Of a DNA stretch of 64,000 bases, positions 32,844-48,300 are shown piece after piece. Every line of letters starts with the position of its first letter. Position 1 is the first letter of the stretch. The DNA lies in NCBI GenBank assembly GCA_023515725.1, contig JALDTO010000215.1:62001-126000 (forward strand), written 5' to 3'. The position numbers and the translations under genes were made by a program. Below the pieces are notes generated by a model. That model did not search any database. It was given only the letters and a program-made list of their open reading frames with translations, and was not told the DNA's origin. This DNA comes from Amoeboaphelidium protococcarum X5. Its lineage: Eukaryota; Fungi; Aphelidiomycota.

Positions 32844-35084
32844 TCAATCATTTAACGAAACAACATCACCTACCATTTTAATTCCCGGAGATCTCTTGCC
32901 TTATTGCTCAGACTTGACTTCTCGATACAAAAGTCTGGAACCTACTTTTACGTATTCCGGCCACCGTACAAATCTGAATTTGATATTGTACCTCTTCCCT
33001 GTGAGTAAATTGACTTGCTTGACTATAACAGGAACATCAGACGCGTCAATATCAGCATTAGTGGGAGTCACATCTTTCTCGAGGGGAACAACATCAACAA
33101 TCACAGCAGGCTAATGGATGGTGCCAATGTAAATGTGACCCCATCGCGGTTTTCTCAATCTCTCTGGACTTTTGCGACCGTTGTGCTGATCATCTCCGCC
33201 GCCATGTCCAGTGCTACTGCTGCTCTTTCGCTTCCTGCTAAATTCATCCAACACTGCCTGTAATCCATCAGGGGAGCAATTGACATTAGCCGTGCATCCC
33301 GTGGCAGCGTAAAGAACACATACGTCAGCTTCAAAGTATAGACTAGATTTTAACTAGGAATTACTAGTGATAACCATACCCCGCCGGAGAGCGGTATTCT
33401 GACCAAGACTTGCCAAAGCTAAAGTTGCAACTTGTCCAGCACGGATAGCTTTCACTGGTCGCCTCTGCCTATGAATTGACGTTATACCAACAGGTATGAA
33501 CTTACCACCTTACTCATCGATTGGCCCAACATACAGCTAGTTTTACGCATTAGTGATAGTATCGGCAGCATTCTTATCATCTGCATTAGTATCAACACTA
33601 ATAGTATGCAATTAATTGATGATCTGCCCACTTTCCATCCTACCGCCTACGACAATACCAACATTAGGAACATTGAAGATATCTTCAATCACAAATTCGA
33701 TATCAGCATCAAGCAGAGACTAATACTCGTCAGACAGAGCTTCAGTTGTGTGCAGAATCTACTAATGATCTTTACTTGGCAACAGGTAAAGGAATCTCTC
33801 AAGTAATTCCATATTATCACCAGTTACAGAAGATGTCAGAAATATGGGAACAGATTGATTAGCGGCAAACACTTTTGCGCATTAAGCCACATCCTCCATG
33901 TTCTTCACAATCTTTGGAAGCCGCCTAGTGCCTGGCAGCATCAGCAATTCTATTAAAGACTGAATGGTGGACTTTAAGACGGCACTATCAACCACCATGT
34001 CCATTTTACTTACCACTATGAAAATAGGAACATTTAGAACCAGCGAAAGGCCAAGCAATTCTTTAGTGGTAGAATCAATAAAACCACTAGATCCATCTAC
34101 CAATACACACGCATAATCAGGATTATAAGATGTCAGCCCTTATATGGTGGTCTGAAGATACTTTGGGTGGCCACAGGTGTCTAGCATCATCACAATCTTG
34201 CTAGCCAAATCGACAATCTGCCCCTCACACCAGTCTCCCAATCCCTTATTACGGTCTGCATCATTGAGTGGATCTCCATCCTGGAACGCGCCAACATTTC
34301 CCATAGTCGCCCCATAATTTAATAACTCCCCATGATCACTAAATCCAATTATAGAATGCGATATAGATGACGATCTGCCACTTTCAATCTCATGTCGATG
34401 CCGGAGTAAATTTAGTCTAGCCTTTCCACTACCATTGTCCAATTCCCCATGTGACAGATATCCCAGCAGTGTAGATTTACCGCAATTGGTATTGCCTAAA
34501 AATGCAATTCTAATCTCTTGGAAGTTCTATTCATTCCTAATGGATTTGATTGTGACTTCAGCAACATAGAATTTAGTATCATCGTTATTGTTATCACCTT
34601 TACTACTTTAAAAAGCACCAAATTCACTATTTACAGAGAATTCATCTCCATTTTTATCCACCATCAGTTAGCTGTTACTAACCTTTTTACCAGTGGAAGG
34701 TGTAGATTTACTCTATCGACTCTTATACTCAAAGTAATCAAATCTTTAATCAAGAGCCATTCTTCTAAATTCTACTGGAACCTACTTGCGATTAATATCA
34801 GCAACCTCTGCACCAACCTCTTTCGCCATAACACGCAATCGCTCCAAAGAATGCTCCATTTCATCATGACTAAGTCCAACCAGCCTGCCATTGTCTTGTA
34901 CTCCGAGTTCATAATACGCCACTCCATGTCCCTCAGACATGCGCCATTTCATCTATGTACACAATGAATGAAACCGATCCTCTCTGACGTCATTATTGAG
35001 CATCATTTTGTACTCAACATTACCCTCCTCAATCTCCTGTGGCAAGTTGACTCCCTTGGCCAGACTATATTCTAGTAACGACAT
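32844..35084 (-). CDS. Translational GTPase of the GTPBP1/GTPBP2 family
   Basis: LPQEIEEGNVEYK, QMKWRMSEG, GKSTLLG, LDNGSGKARLNLLRHRHEIESGRSSSIS, DTCGHPKY. Confidence 0.93.
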
Positions 35085-35761
35085 TCAGTGCTAGCTTGAT
35101 AGAGATGATATTTACGATAATAACAATTTTCAACAAATGATAACAATACAACAAGAACAATCAATTTATCAGAAGAAATAAAAAGGAATGAAACTTGAAA
35201 AATATTCTCTTAACAATGCTCCGATGAAGGAAGAAGATTGGCGAGTGGGAGGAAGGAATCCGATTAAGATGCAGATCCGTTGAGAACAAGATCGAATTGC
35301 GTCACCTGACAACCACTCATTCACTCATTCGGCATTAGACTAAATATGCATTGTCATGACGCGTGTACTTTAGATAGTTGAAATGTTTCAATCCCTACAC
35401 TCGAATATAACGAGTGTATTTTCATTCTCTTCATCTCTTTATCATCGTGTCAGAAAAAGATATCAATAGTCAGCTGAGTAAACGTTTCACTTTTAATACA
35501 TATTAGGTAACTAATCTCAGATAAAACAATCAACGTATTTCAATACAACTAGGAGTAATTATTCAAAAAAGCTATCTGTAAGATATATTAGGAGATGCTT
35601 TAATTGCAACGCATTTGATAATATCTCTGTCTTAACCAGTTAAAGCGAAGTACTACTGTTTTCAAGGTTTTGTTCTTCTCAGCTGGAATCTTTCCGCTCA
35701 ATAACTTTCTTATTCGAGCCGTTTATTACACGCGGTAGTTAATATTAACATCAATAGTACA

Positions 35762-37014
35762 ATGTCTAGCAAATAATCAAAGTATTTTTATTACATGATA
35801 GTTATGACTTTTATTTATATCATTTAATGTAATGCTGTAGGAAAGGATAAGAGTTTCTGTGCAAGGTTCGATACAAGAATTAGCTGCCTCTGCTCCCAAT
35901 GCCTCCAAAGATGCTCTCGCTCCAGAATCCTAATGAGGCTCTGGAGATGATGCAGTATGTTTAGTCTGATTATTACAAGAAATAGCCTATAGAACCACTT
36001 GCAGCAATGACACTTGGTCTGGGTATAGATTTTGTAGATTTACAATCGTTGACTATCGCCGATAATGATAGTGACCACCTGGCGTAGACTAATGGATCTG
36101 TAAATAGCTTGCCGCGTACTCATACTGTGGATGAATAAGATCTGGCCATTCTTGAGCCTTTTAAAAGCCGCAAAGTTGTCAATGAAGAAGATTCATTAGA
36201 TGCAAAGAATGGCGGTAAGAGACCAGTTGTATCTTGGCTCCGAAGAACAGAGTACTTCAGTGCCGACAGCACCAAGAGTATGGGTAAGAGTGGTTTGGGT
36301 GATTTAAAGAGACACTTGAACAGATAGAGAAAATCAATTCTGGGTATGGATTTCAGTCGTGATGGATAGATTAAGATTATCAATGATACTTTTGATGATT
36401 TGCAGCCATTAGAAGAATTAAAGCATCCGTAGGATGAATCTCTGCATGCGGTGGAAGAATATGTACTTTAGCCAGATATGGCTATGGACTCTATTGTACT
36501 CACGAACTGCATCTTTGATCAAGATCCTACGCCACCGACTTCTCTGTATCCTAATGTAATTTAAGATGGACCTAGATTTCTTAAACCTCTATCTAATCCC
36601 GATAATCCTAATGATTAGTTTATGATCTTCTTTTGCTCTGTGCCTGTGGAGAATATTAATTCAGAAGACAGTATGGACGTGGATAGTGGAAATCAATAAC
36701 CGGATGGTCAATTACCGACTGATTAGGCTGTCGCTATTAGAAATTACAATTTTAGAGTTAGCAAGGAGCAAGATTAGAGTAAAATGCTGGTGAGGATATA
36801 AAAGTCTGGTCGAGTGGCCAAGTTCTCTTCAGTCTCTGCTCGCATTCAGCTATAGAAGAGAAGAAGATAGAATGTGGATAGATTTGGCCGTACAGGTGCA
36901 TCTAATATGAACGATATTCCCACTGATTTGCTCATTAATAGAATAGAATCAAGTTAAAGTGACTCCAAGGCATAAGCTGGGGATTAACTGGAGGAAGTAG
37001 ATGCGTAAAAGTGA
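35762..37014 (+). CDS. PAF1: RNA polymerase II-associated factor 1; intron 35782-35840
   Basis: FLCKVRYKNQLP..P.PPKML, VSWLRRTEYF, LKHP. Confidence 0.9.
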
Positions 37015-37169
37015 AAGTAAAGAATAAAATAAAGCTGCCGTTTGTATTCATATACTTAGTATTATTGCCAATATGGACGTTCAATAATAGTAATTATTAA
37101 TCATTTTCACCCTTTATAACCATGGTTATGATGATAATAATGATGAGCAAGTGTGCGCATAAAAACGAC

Positions 37170-37679
<510 letters not shown>

Positions 37680-38014
37680 TTTGTATGCAAATTGAATGCT
37701 TTATTATTATTAATTGATCCTAACGATGCGTGTAGAAGGACTAAAAGACGTTGTTTTACGGGCGGAACGAGACGGAACGGAATTGTTGTTCGTTCGCTCG
37801 TTTCGTTGTTGTTGTTTGACGGGCAACAGGGCGAAACGTTGAAAGAGGCGGGACGCGTCGATTCTTTCTCTCTGCTTGCTCCCTCCTTGTTTAATGGCGA
37901 TTGTTCATTCACTGGAGCGTCTTCTCTTATCACGTACTAACGCCACACTTTCCACAATGAAGTGTTTCGTTGCGTAAATGAAGCAAAAGGTAGTATTAAG
38001 ATCAACATTGTTAT

Positions 38015-40300
38015 TCAAAAGGAATACATCAAAATGTCAATCGGGCCGTATTCTTCTTCTGACCATTATTTACTGAGAAGCCAGAATCGTGCTTCAACGT
38101 ATGCAGCCAGTTTCAACATCAGTCCACCCTTCTGTGCATAGAATGCAGCCTTTCTATTTAGCAAGAATGGCCTAGCGGATGCAAACAAATCCAAGTCCGG
38201 ATCCAGAGATCTTCCAAGCCCTTCGATAATCATAAGAGACACGACCAGATTAGTAAAGTCGGATTCGATTTTCACGTGATGATTACGGACCATATCCAAG
38301 ACTTGAGTCAGTAGTTCACTTATAGAAATGTTTCCCAAACGGAAAGTCTGCAATTACACATCTGACACCAGTTGACTCATCTTTTACTAGAAACCAGAAA
38401 AATTGCTGCACTTAGCCTCCAGAACTTGTTCAAGGCGCAAATGCTACAGGTCTCGGAGTTCTGGTCTTCTGCGCAACTACCTCTCCGGTATTCTGCTTCT
38501 CTCCACCATCAATCGCGCGGCTAGAGCTCCATCTCCATCAGCGAGAGCACTGAATAAGTCTAAAAAGTTATTCAAATTCGTGTCATCCAACGTGGTAGTT
38601 AGTCCAGCATCTATAAATATTAGTCTAGGCTTAGTATATCCATTCTATATAGCCTCTCTCACTCTAAGCCTATTCACTTCATGTTTAGCTACTGCGGATT
38701 GCATTGGCAAGCTCGACTGCATGGAAGGGGAATACTGATGACCTTCGCTGTTGAACAGTTGCACAATTATGTTCCCAGGATGAAGATCGGAGTGAATAAA
38801 ATTATCATCCAACATCATCTTGAGGAAAGCTAATAGACCAACATTAGCAATCTTCTTCTTTACCAATTCAACTGATCGATTGAGTTACTTTCTTGTTGTC
38901 CTAGCTTAATGGTCATCCTCGGATTGAAGCAGATCTTCGTTCTTCTAGCTATCACCTTCATCGCTATCACCGTATATAAAAGCTTTGATCGGAATACCGT
39001 CAGCAAAAGTCTCCGTGAGAACATCCTCAGCGACGTACTATTCAATTACGGAAGGAAATGAGACTTAAGTACAATCCATAGCCCCAGTGGCAGAACCGAT
39101 CTGCGATCCAATGTTCAAAGCCATATCTATAGTGTTCTCCTTCCACTTCTTCCACGAGAATATCGAATCTGAATCTTGTCCATTATCGGGAAACGAGTTA
39201 TCTGATACTAAATCCTAATTTATATCCCGATCCTTTAATCTCTTCTCATCAGCCTGATCAGAGTAAAAGTTCCGTCTAAAAGTTCTCAAATTCTCAGCTT
39301 CATGTCTCAAGTCAACCTGCTCCATCATGAATCTTTCAAACATTTGCACCTCTTCAGTTATACTCAGATACTCAATATTCTTAATCGGAAGCGCATCAAT
39401 TAGTAGCGCGGCAAAATTCATCAGCTATAAATCCAGGTTGATGATTCTTGCAATGTGAGGATGTCGTACCTTCACGGCCACAATGCCTTGATTCTCTTCA
39501 TCAGGCCATAGACGATCAGCATCAGGATGAGAGAGCCGCAGCTTTGCAATCGCGTCTTGAGACAGCTTCATCTTATACACAGATGCAATACATCCGCTGC
39601 CAATTAGTTCGCATTATTCAGTCACATCATCAAATATATCCGACGTTGATACCCCAAACTGTGTTTTAAAAACGCGTTCTAAGTACTTGTTTTCATCTTT
39701 CTTATGTCTAAAGGAGCTACCTACATTATCATGAAGCTCAGTCAGCGTGTAGCACACCTCTTTACTGAACAGATCTGGTCTTGTTGCAGCCCATTGCCCC
39801 AGCTTGATAAATGTTGGTCCCATTGTAATTAGAGTGGTATGAAGGATATGAGGAAGTTTCCCATTCAAATATTTATAAAATTTACTTTAATCTAGATGTA
39901 GATAGTTTAAGGATATCAAGACCGATGATGTGAGAAATAATGGAGTGATAATGATAGCAAGTTACACAGCACGCAGAGAACACTTTATGACATCAATGAG
40001 TAATTGCACAGGACGGAGTAGCAAATGCAAACATGATTTCACTTTATTCCATAAAGTACTTTAGTTCGATGGCTATTCTTCTCTATGATTATGATTACTC
40101 TAATAGACAGCCCTGGAATATTACGAGGGAACGTCCGTATTATACGGGCACCATTAGTCTTGATTAAGGAATCTAGAGTTATATTTCTGAGCACTAACAC
40201 TGTAAATAGTACGGATTCTGCTTAATTGATAAAAGCTATCATGCATCTACCTGCATCGAAAAAGTCTATTTACAGGCAAGAATTTACAGGCTCTAATCAT
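38015..40300 (-). CDS. ABC1/UbiB-family atypical kinase (ADCK2/Cqd1-like)
   Basis: GPTFIKLGQWAATRPDLF, AVKVRHP, QVDLRHEAENL, NFIHSDLHPGNI, IEGLGRSLDP. Confidence 0.93.
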
Positions 40301-40447
40301 AATTAAAGACCAACTTATGGAATATTACGCAACTCCCTGAGATTAAAATAAGATGAAAATGAAAAAATCGAGATCCGTTAATCTTCGCGATCTTAAATCA
40401 ATCGAATGAATGCAGTTTTGTTATTGCAATCACCAATTATTTTAAAA

Positions 40448-41032
40448 ATGATTAATCTTTAACCTCTTTAGTTTCTGAGTAGAATATTGTTTGATCCTAA
40501 ATTATTACGACCATCAGCAAAAATTGTATCTCCGGCGACTATCGATACTGCAGCGAAATGGTAATAATTGATGGAATCTGGTGTGGGAGTTAAGACTGGA
40601 CAGAATGTGATATTATTGATTGATAAAGACAACTGCTGGTGTCATCCGCGTCAAGATTCTGTATATGAGGAATATCGATAGTCTTTTACAGCGATGAGCG
40701 AGTCATTTCAGAATGTTTATTGGCTCAGTAATACCATTTCTTTGGATCCTCAGTATCGCGATTCTAATTAGAAGTTTGAAGGCCTTGAAGTGATTCCAGT
40801 CACTTCTAAAAAGCCAGCATGTGGAGAGGAAGTTGAGAAATTCCTGCGGACGCGTCACTTTGACTTTGAATATTCTCAAGTCGTCATGATGGGTGATAGA
40901 GTGCTCACTGATGTCCTGATGTCTAATGATCGAGGATGGAAATCAATTCTGGTATAGACGGTGATCGACGAGTCAGCCGAAGGTTATGGTGCTTTTATAT
41001 TTCGAAAGATTGAGCGAATGTTTTTAATTTGA
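40448..41032 (+). CDS. GEP4: HAD-IIIA phosphatidylglycerophosphatase (Gep4/YqeG-like)
   Basis: IDKDNC, LSN, KKP, MGDRVLTDVLM motifs. Confidence 0.85.
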
Positions 41033-41407
41033 TACAGTAATAGACTTCAATTGCTATTAAATTAATATTCCCTCATAATTTCTTTACCTACATTGATGTT
41101 TATTAGATTTCTGTACACGTTACCATAGATGTATTCAACGTGATTCAGCGCAGGTACCGATTCCTGATTGAACGAACCTGTGTACTGTTCATCATAGACA
41201 TAGCACAGTAATATCTTGACACGATTTGAAGAGCGCATTTACTGCAAACTATCTGTTAAAATTTGCTAGTGGGTCCTACAATAGACTAGTTCCATTGTAC
41301 ATGTGAATTTGACAGAAAGGGGAAGTGATTGATCAAGGGGCCAATGAGCTGAATAGAAAGATTGTTTGATAATACCACTCAGCTCTTTTCTAAAATTCAG
41401 CACAAAA

Positions 41408-42523
41408 ATGGCATAGTATTTCTTTGCATTTGTGCTGCTTATAGCTCAAGCCTGTAATGCTACTCCGGTGGTCGAAGACAAGCTTGTTCCGGTCTTGGAA
41501 GTTTCTGTTTAGCTACCTGAATTTAACTCGTATGCGAAAGTGTGCCCTCCTGCACTGGAATATAAACTCTAGCCTGCTGCTTTGAGATATCCATTCCAAG
41601 CTCAATGCAGTATCGTGGTTTAACCTCTCTGTTCTTTTGGCCAATAAACTATCGACTTTGTTACTTTATACCAATAATATAAATTCAATAAATTTTTGGC
41701 GTTCAAGGTCAGATGCGCTCCATCCATGGTAAAAATGCTGTCCGTTTATAAAGTTGAATGGCGCGTAGATATCGAATTTCCCGGGGAGACTGATGCTCAT
41801 GGTACAGGGTCTGAGTACTGCAGTGATGTCAAGTTGCAATAGCCGACTGAAATTGAGATTCGGAATTTGGAAATTGCAAATTTGAACGAGAGAAGGATGT
41901 TTGTCCCCAAGTTATCAGTCACCGTTTACGGTACTTAATCTTAGTACGATTAAGTGCTCAAATGGCGTGATTTGACTCAAAGTTTTACTTTTTCGTCACT
42001 GGGGCAAAATTTATGGACCCAAGTACTTGATTAAGATTCTCATTTGGATTCAGAGTCCGATTCCGACTTGGATATACAACTTGTTACGCGAGATGATCGC
42101 ATCAAGTGCCATCTTAATGTGTTAAAGGCGTCAGCAGGCCCAGGCTCTTATTTTACCATTGTACCAAAAGGAACTTATAAAGTATCTCTGGATTTGTATC
42201 CATCGAATGTGGTGTTTTCGGCATTGTAAATGATCTACATTGGGGAAACTGATATCGCCTCCGCCAAAATGTCTGGGATGACTTTCAGTGACAAGATTGA
42301 TTTTGTGGGATTAATCTACCGTTTTGGAGTCAAATTTGCGTTTGCTAGCGTGATATCCTTAAGCGTCTTCTTATTGAAGAGTTTGACTAATTCAGAGAGT
42401 GTTGGTAAGATTGGCGCCATATTAACTCTTGATAGTTCCGTAGAAGGTGACAAGTTCTTGTAGTAGATGTACAATGTCGCTGCACTCAACTCTGTAGGTT
42501 AGTCACTGCTATCCGGAATTTGA
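41408..42523 (+). CDS. Signal-peptide-bearing protein with C-terminal BTB/POZ-like domain
   Basis: MAQYFFAFVLLIAQACNA/TP; DIQLVTRDDRIKCHLNVLKASAGPGSYF...VFSALQMIYIG. Confidence 0.75.
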
Positions 42524-42661
42524 AAGTAGATTTATCAGAATTTAAATATTAGAAAATTGATTATAATAGAGAATTTAACATTGTTTTATCTTATATTACA
42601 GTTACCAGTGAACTATTACAATCGTGAGGAAACTCTAAGGTATTAAAACCCACATGTAATG

Positions 42662-44014
42662 TCACTCAGTATTACTTTGATGAACAGTGTTGACATATGA
42701 TCGCTCCACTCTGAATATCAACCAAACGTTACGCCGAAGTATCTCAACAATCATCAATGTGTACATTGACCAGTTCGGATGCAAGTTATATCCATAATAC
42801 TCGATCATTATCTTTATGAGCCAAGAGAACCGCGCCAGGAAGTTGAATAAGCAGAGCGCATAATAAAGACTGTGAGACGATTAAAGTTTAGAACTTCCAC
42901 TTGCAATCGTATGTTGACCAGCCCGTCGAGGTGAAGATAGAACTAGATCATTCTAGTCCTCTCCAATTAAAGGTTAGACCAACATCACTTTATTGTCGAT
43001 GTAAAGTAAAGGATACACGATAAAGTGATGCCATTAAACGAGCAAGTGCTGTCTCAGGTAGCCAAATCGACGCTATCCAAGTTCCCAATCGTAAAAAATA
43101 TCCCAGTATAAACTAAACGATGAATTGAATATTGCACATACAAACCATGCAGCCAAGATGTAACTGTTTTGTTTATTATCAAATATCCGGAGAAGATAAG
43201 CACACGTTAATACAGGAAGGATACTGCAATATTTAAGACCGTTCCAAAATTGATGCTTCTGCCCACAGCGATAATCGGCGACACATTATCGCAATCGTAT
43301 GAGGTACGGAGTTGAGATGAGCATGAATACAAAGATTGAATTATTACAGCGTGAGCTCTAGTAAGAGTCCAAATCGTACGAAGTTAAAAATGAACACATG
43401 ATGACAGATAGATCACCAAATGCTCTAGAGTAAGAAGTGAGAACATCCGCGAATAACACTTAGCTGAGCTTAGTTTACTGCGTCATGGGAGAGTATACAG
43501 CGGTGGATATTAGGTAAGACATGAGTGCCAGAAGATTGGAATTCTACCGCATAATGTATAGAGCAACGCCAGCGAATGAGACACAAGACATCAATATAAC
43601 AAAGGCTTCATCCAAATCAGCTAAACTCTGCGGATGCTAGCCAAAGTTTTATTATTAATCTCTGATAAGGGTGAAAATCACCATCCAGAACAGTGTAAGC
43701 GCGGTAAGCCAGAAGCTCAGCAGTCTCAGCGACCGCAGTAGCTGCACAAAACTAGACTCTGAGTGACTGGACTCATACTAAATCAACCTCAGAAAATCAA
43801 TTCCAGCATTAGCGAGCACTTGCAGACTTAGAGCGAATAAATATATGCCTAGCGTTATAAGCAACATCGATCGATACATGGGTGGCAGAATCTACTCCAA
43901 CTCGACATCAAGCCATGAAACTGGAAGCATGAGCCAGGACAGTCCAATGAAGGACACCAGAAGGATAATGTACAATCTGTTTCGCTAATAAAATGGCTTC
44001 CCCCCTGCTGACAT
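42662..44014 (-). CDS. ERD1: EXS-family membrane protein without SPX (Erd1-like)
   Basis: LFADVLTSYSR, PYLIRLRQC, NGLKY, SLYWDIFYDW, EILRRNVWLIFRVE. Confidence 0.88.
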
Positions 44015-44168
44015 ATATGGCATGTATTTATTTCTATACTTGTTTCAAATCTTTATAGCTTCAACTATAAGTGGGAATACGGATATATCAATGAGAAACG
44101 TTACTAAAGGAGAAAGGTTGATAAATCTCTCGTCACTCGATCACCGCAGAATTTCAATTGAAGACGAG

Positions 44169-45052
44169 ATGAAGTTGAATGAGGATACAGTATTGGTATT
44201 CTTTTTTTATTGTCATCTTCTTACAAAACATATGTAAATATTGTAGTTGAATGGCGATATAATGCTTGTGCCGTACACTAGAGAACACGTTCCTGCTTAT
44301 CACTAATGGATGCAGGATCCAATCTTGAGAGGTAATCTGCCAGATACGCGTCCGCTGATTAACCTCATATAATTAAAGACGGTAGAGTAAACTGCAAGCG
44401 AACCTCTCACGTTAGATGAAGAATACGAAATGCAATAAAAATGGCGACTAGATGATGATAGTAAGTCACAGCGTTATATTATCCGAAGAATCATTTAATC
44501 GTGTAGAACTGACGTTTATCATCATGCATCGCGATAACACTCTGAAAGTGTAAAACGAGAGCGCGAGATTCAACTATGGAAGTAAGCTATTTGTACTTTA
44601 CATGATCAACTTTATCATCTCTCAGTAATTATAATAATCTTCTTTTCCAGGTAGACATGATTGGAGATGTGAATATATTCTTGCACAAAGAACAACGGGA
44701 TGAAGGCAGTCCCGCAGACAACGCTAATCAAGAAGATCAAGTGGGCGAGATTGAGATTATGATCGCTGAGAGTGCGGCAAGGAAACGCGGAATCGGTCGC
44801 CTGTGTGTCTAGATGATGCTTCTTTACGCGTAGAGGAATTTACAATTGAAACGAGTGATGGCCAAAGTGAGTGAGAACAATCTCGGATCACTGGCGCTGT
44901 TTCGCAATCTTGGCTTCACTCAGTGTGCATACAGTAAGGTATTTGAAGAGTACACATTCGAACTGAGTCTCACCGAAGATGATATTAAGGACTATCCGCA
45001 ATACTAGAATTTAAGATATTCAGAAATTTTGGGTATTGTTGATAATAAATGA
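44169..45052 (+). CDS. NAT9: N-acetyltransferase 9-like GNAT; introns 44196-44246, 44332-44385, 44461-44506, 44582-44654
   Basis: LVPYTREHVPAYHQWM, TASEPLTLDEEYEMQ, DDDKLTFII, MIGDVNIF, GEIEIMIAE. Confidence 0.93.
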
Positions 45053-45354
45053 TCATCAAACAAAATACTCCCCCGTGTCATGCTCTGAAACGTTTTCTCT
45101 TCATTGCACGCCCAAAAGAAAAGCTTATCTCATTGGACAAACGACTCGACGATCTGCTTTCCTCGAGTTTTTCATCCGTGTCTGCCACTTTGCATTTCCT
45201 CCCATCGTCTTACAGTATTTAGTATAGTCTTTGGCTTTAGTTCATATTTGAGATTTAAGATTTATTATTTATTTACATACATTACCCATTATTACTCCTA
45301 GAGATTGATATATAAGTATATTCTAAATAATTCAAGTCTTCTAATTCTAATATC

Positions 45355-48300
45355 ATGCCGAACTAGCAGTATTCACTTACTCTGGCCTCTAATGCCACAC
45401 CTGGTAGCATGCGAAAACGTGAGAATGGTGTCTTGAAGGCAATGAAGAAAGCAATGAGGTTTATCATGGACTGTCTAATTCACATTTGGGAATTCTTGAC
45501 ATTTACTAGGCGGACTCCTACCTTGAAGGAATAGCGGACGATTTATATTAATTAGGAGCCAGATTCTGCTGAGATTGTTAAACCGCGCTCACTCTTGTCC
45601 AAGATATTGCCGTCTTTTGGTGGTGGGAAGGATAATACTTAGTCGCATCATTAGCTGCCGAGGTATCCATCGAATGCAGTATATACTACCAAGTACAATC
45701 TGATCACCTTCCTGCCCAAGAATTTATTCGAGCAGTTCAGGCGACTGGCTAATTTCTACTTTCTCGCCATGGTGGTTGTTCAATCGCTACCATAATTCTA
45801 GTAGACTAGTCCCTTCTTCTCTGCTCTGCCTATTACGTTTATTGTGCTTGTAACTGCTGCTAAAGATGCCTTTGAAGATTGGCGACGAAGAGTTAGTGAC
45901 TCGGAGATGAATAACAATACCTGCTACATCTTGGACAATGTCAGGAATCACAATATTCTGCATGATAGATGGTCACATTTAAAGATGAGATTTAATGAGC
46001 ACAAGGCGCGATGGATGCAAAAGTTGAGAAAATAGGATGATAAAGATGGTGCACCTAGTGTACATTCTCTTATACACGACGGTGAAGAGTCTGTTAAAGA
46101 AGGTGGTCCTTATTGGCGTTAATCAACGTGGAAGAATGTACGCGTTGGAGATTTCGTTAAGTTGTCTAATAATTAGTCAATTCCGGCGGATATACTTGTC
46201 TTGTCCACTAGTGAGAGTGACGGTGTGTGTTATATCGAGACCAAGAATTTGGATGGAGAGACCAACTTGAAGTTGCGTAGTGCTTTGTAAGAGACGCAGC
46301 ATATTGATTCCGCAGCTGATTGCAGTAGATTCGAATGTAAAATTGTAGCTGAGCCTGCGCACGTTAATCTCTACTCTGTATAAGCGGCGCTCACTGTCAA
46401 GTTGTCTGAAGAAGAGACTAAAGTATATCCGCTGACTATAAAAGAGACGCTTCTTCGTGGTTGCACTCTTCGTAATACCAAATGGGTCATCGGAATAGTG
46501 ATGTACACTGGATCAGAGTGTAAAGTTATTCTGAATGCAGGCAAAACTCCATCGAAGCGTAGTCGTGTTGAAAAGTTGATGAACTTGTAGGTGTTGTTGA
46601 ATCTTCTCCTGCTGGTCATTCTGTGTGTGCTGATTGCTCTTATCCATGGCATAGTTTCCGCGGATGATATCAACGATGGCTCAGCTCTGGATCGACCACC
46701 TCAAGATTTGGTCACGTCTAGTTTGGCGGTTTTTGTTGTCAGTCTGATCATGCTGTAGAACTTTGTACCCATCTCGTTGTACGTCACGTCTGAAATTGTA
46801 AAGGTTGCATAGGCTTACTTTATCTGGCAAGATTTAGACATGTACTACGAGGAACTTGATCTGCCTTGTGTACCAAAGACTTGGACTATATCTGACGACT
46901 TGGGTCAAATTGAGTATATCTTTAGTGATAAGACTGGTACCTTGACTAGGAATGTGATGGAGTTTAGATAGTGCTCCATTAATGGTGTGGTATACGGTGG
47001 GTGTTAGGAGGATGAGGTTGAAGAAGAAGTTGCCCAGCCTCTTCCATCCAGCCGTTAACGTTTATCAAAGCAGGAGAGCATTGCCATGTCTGAGTAGAGC
47101 ATGATTAGAGATTTGGAGAATTTTTACAATAATCCATACGCTGACGATAAAGTTACCTTTGTTGATCCTAATTTTGTGCGTGATTTGCATTACGGATCTC
47201 CAGATGACTAGTAGTAGAAGGAGAAGATTAAAGAGTTTTTCATGCATCTGGCCTTGTGTCATACAGTTCTTAGTGAGCAGAGCAAAGATGAAGATGATAA
47301 GCCGCATATCCTTTATAAGGCTTAGTCTCCTGATGAAGCAGCTCTGGTAGCTACTGCCAAGAATGTTGGCTTCACGTTTCTGGAGAGATCTGGGGACGAT
47401 TTGATTATCGATGCTCTGGGTTAGAAGATTAGAGTCACCGTGCTAGAGTATCTGGAGTTCAATAGTGCGCGAAAGAGAATGTCTGTCATTGTTCGGCACT
47501 AGGATGGGAAGATTGTTCTGTACTGCAAAGGCGCGGATAATGTTATCATGCAGAGGTGTAAATCCGGGCAGGATGCTATGAAATAGATTGTCGGGGATCA
47601 CTTGGAGCAATTTGCTGCTGAAGGTCTGAGAACACTCTGTCTTGCAAAGAAGGATATTGATGAATAGTTTTTCAAGGAGTGGTATGTTCGGTACTAGGAA
47701 GCAGCGTCTTCGCTTGATAATAGAGATGATCAAATGGATGATGTTGCAGAGTAGATAGAGACAGACATGGAGCTCATAGGCGCTACAGCTATCGAGGATC
47801 AGTTGCAAGAAGGCGTGCCTGAGTGTATTTAATTTTTAAAAAGAGGTGGAATTAAAGTGTGGGTGCTTACTGGTGATAAGATGGAGACGGCTATTAATAT
47901 CGGTTATTCATGTTCTCTGTTAAGTTAAGGCATGTAGTTGATTATAATTAAGGCTGATAATGAACAATAGGCTGCGTATTAGTTGAAGATTGCTTTAGAA
48001 AAATGCTTTCACCTTGATGTGAAGTAGCTGTTGCAGCATTATTTCTAATAAGGTCTCTTGGATGAAGCTTATTATCACTCACTGCAGCACCACAATCATT
48101 CTGTAGATATGAATGATGTCCTACCTGAGATGGACTCTCGGAATGATGAGGACGATGATAATGATGCATTCGGTGTTAATGGTCCTTAAAAGTATGCAAT
48201 TATCATTGATGGAGATGCTTTAAAATTTATGAATGATATGCTGGTGTCTCGACTATTTCTGGAGCTGAGTGCTCGAACTACGGCTGTAATATGCTGTAGA

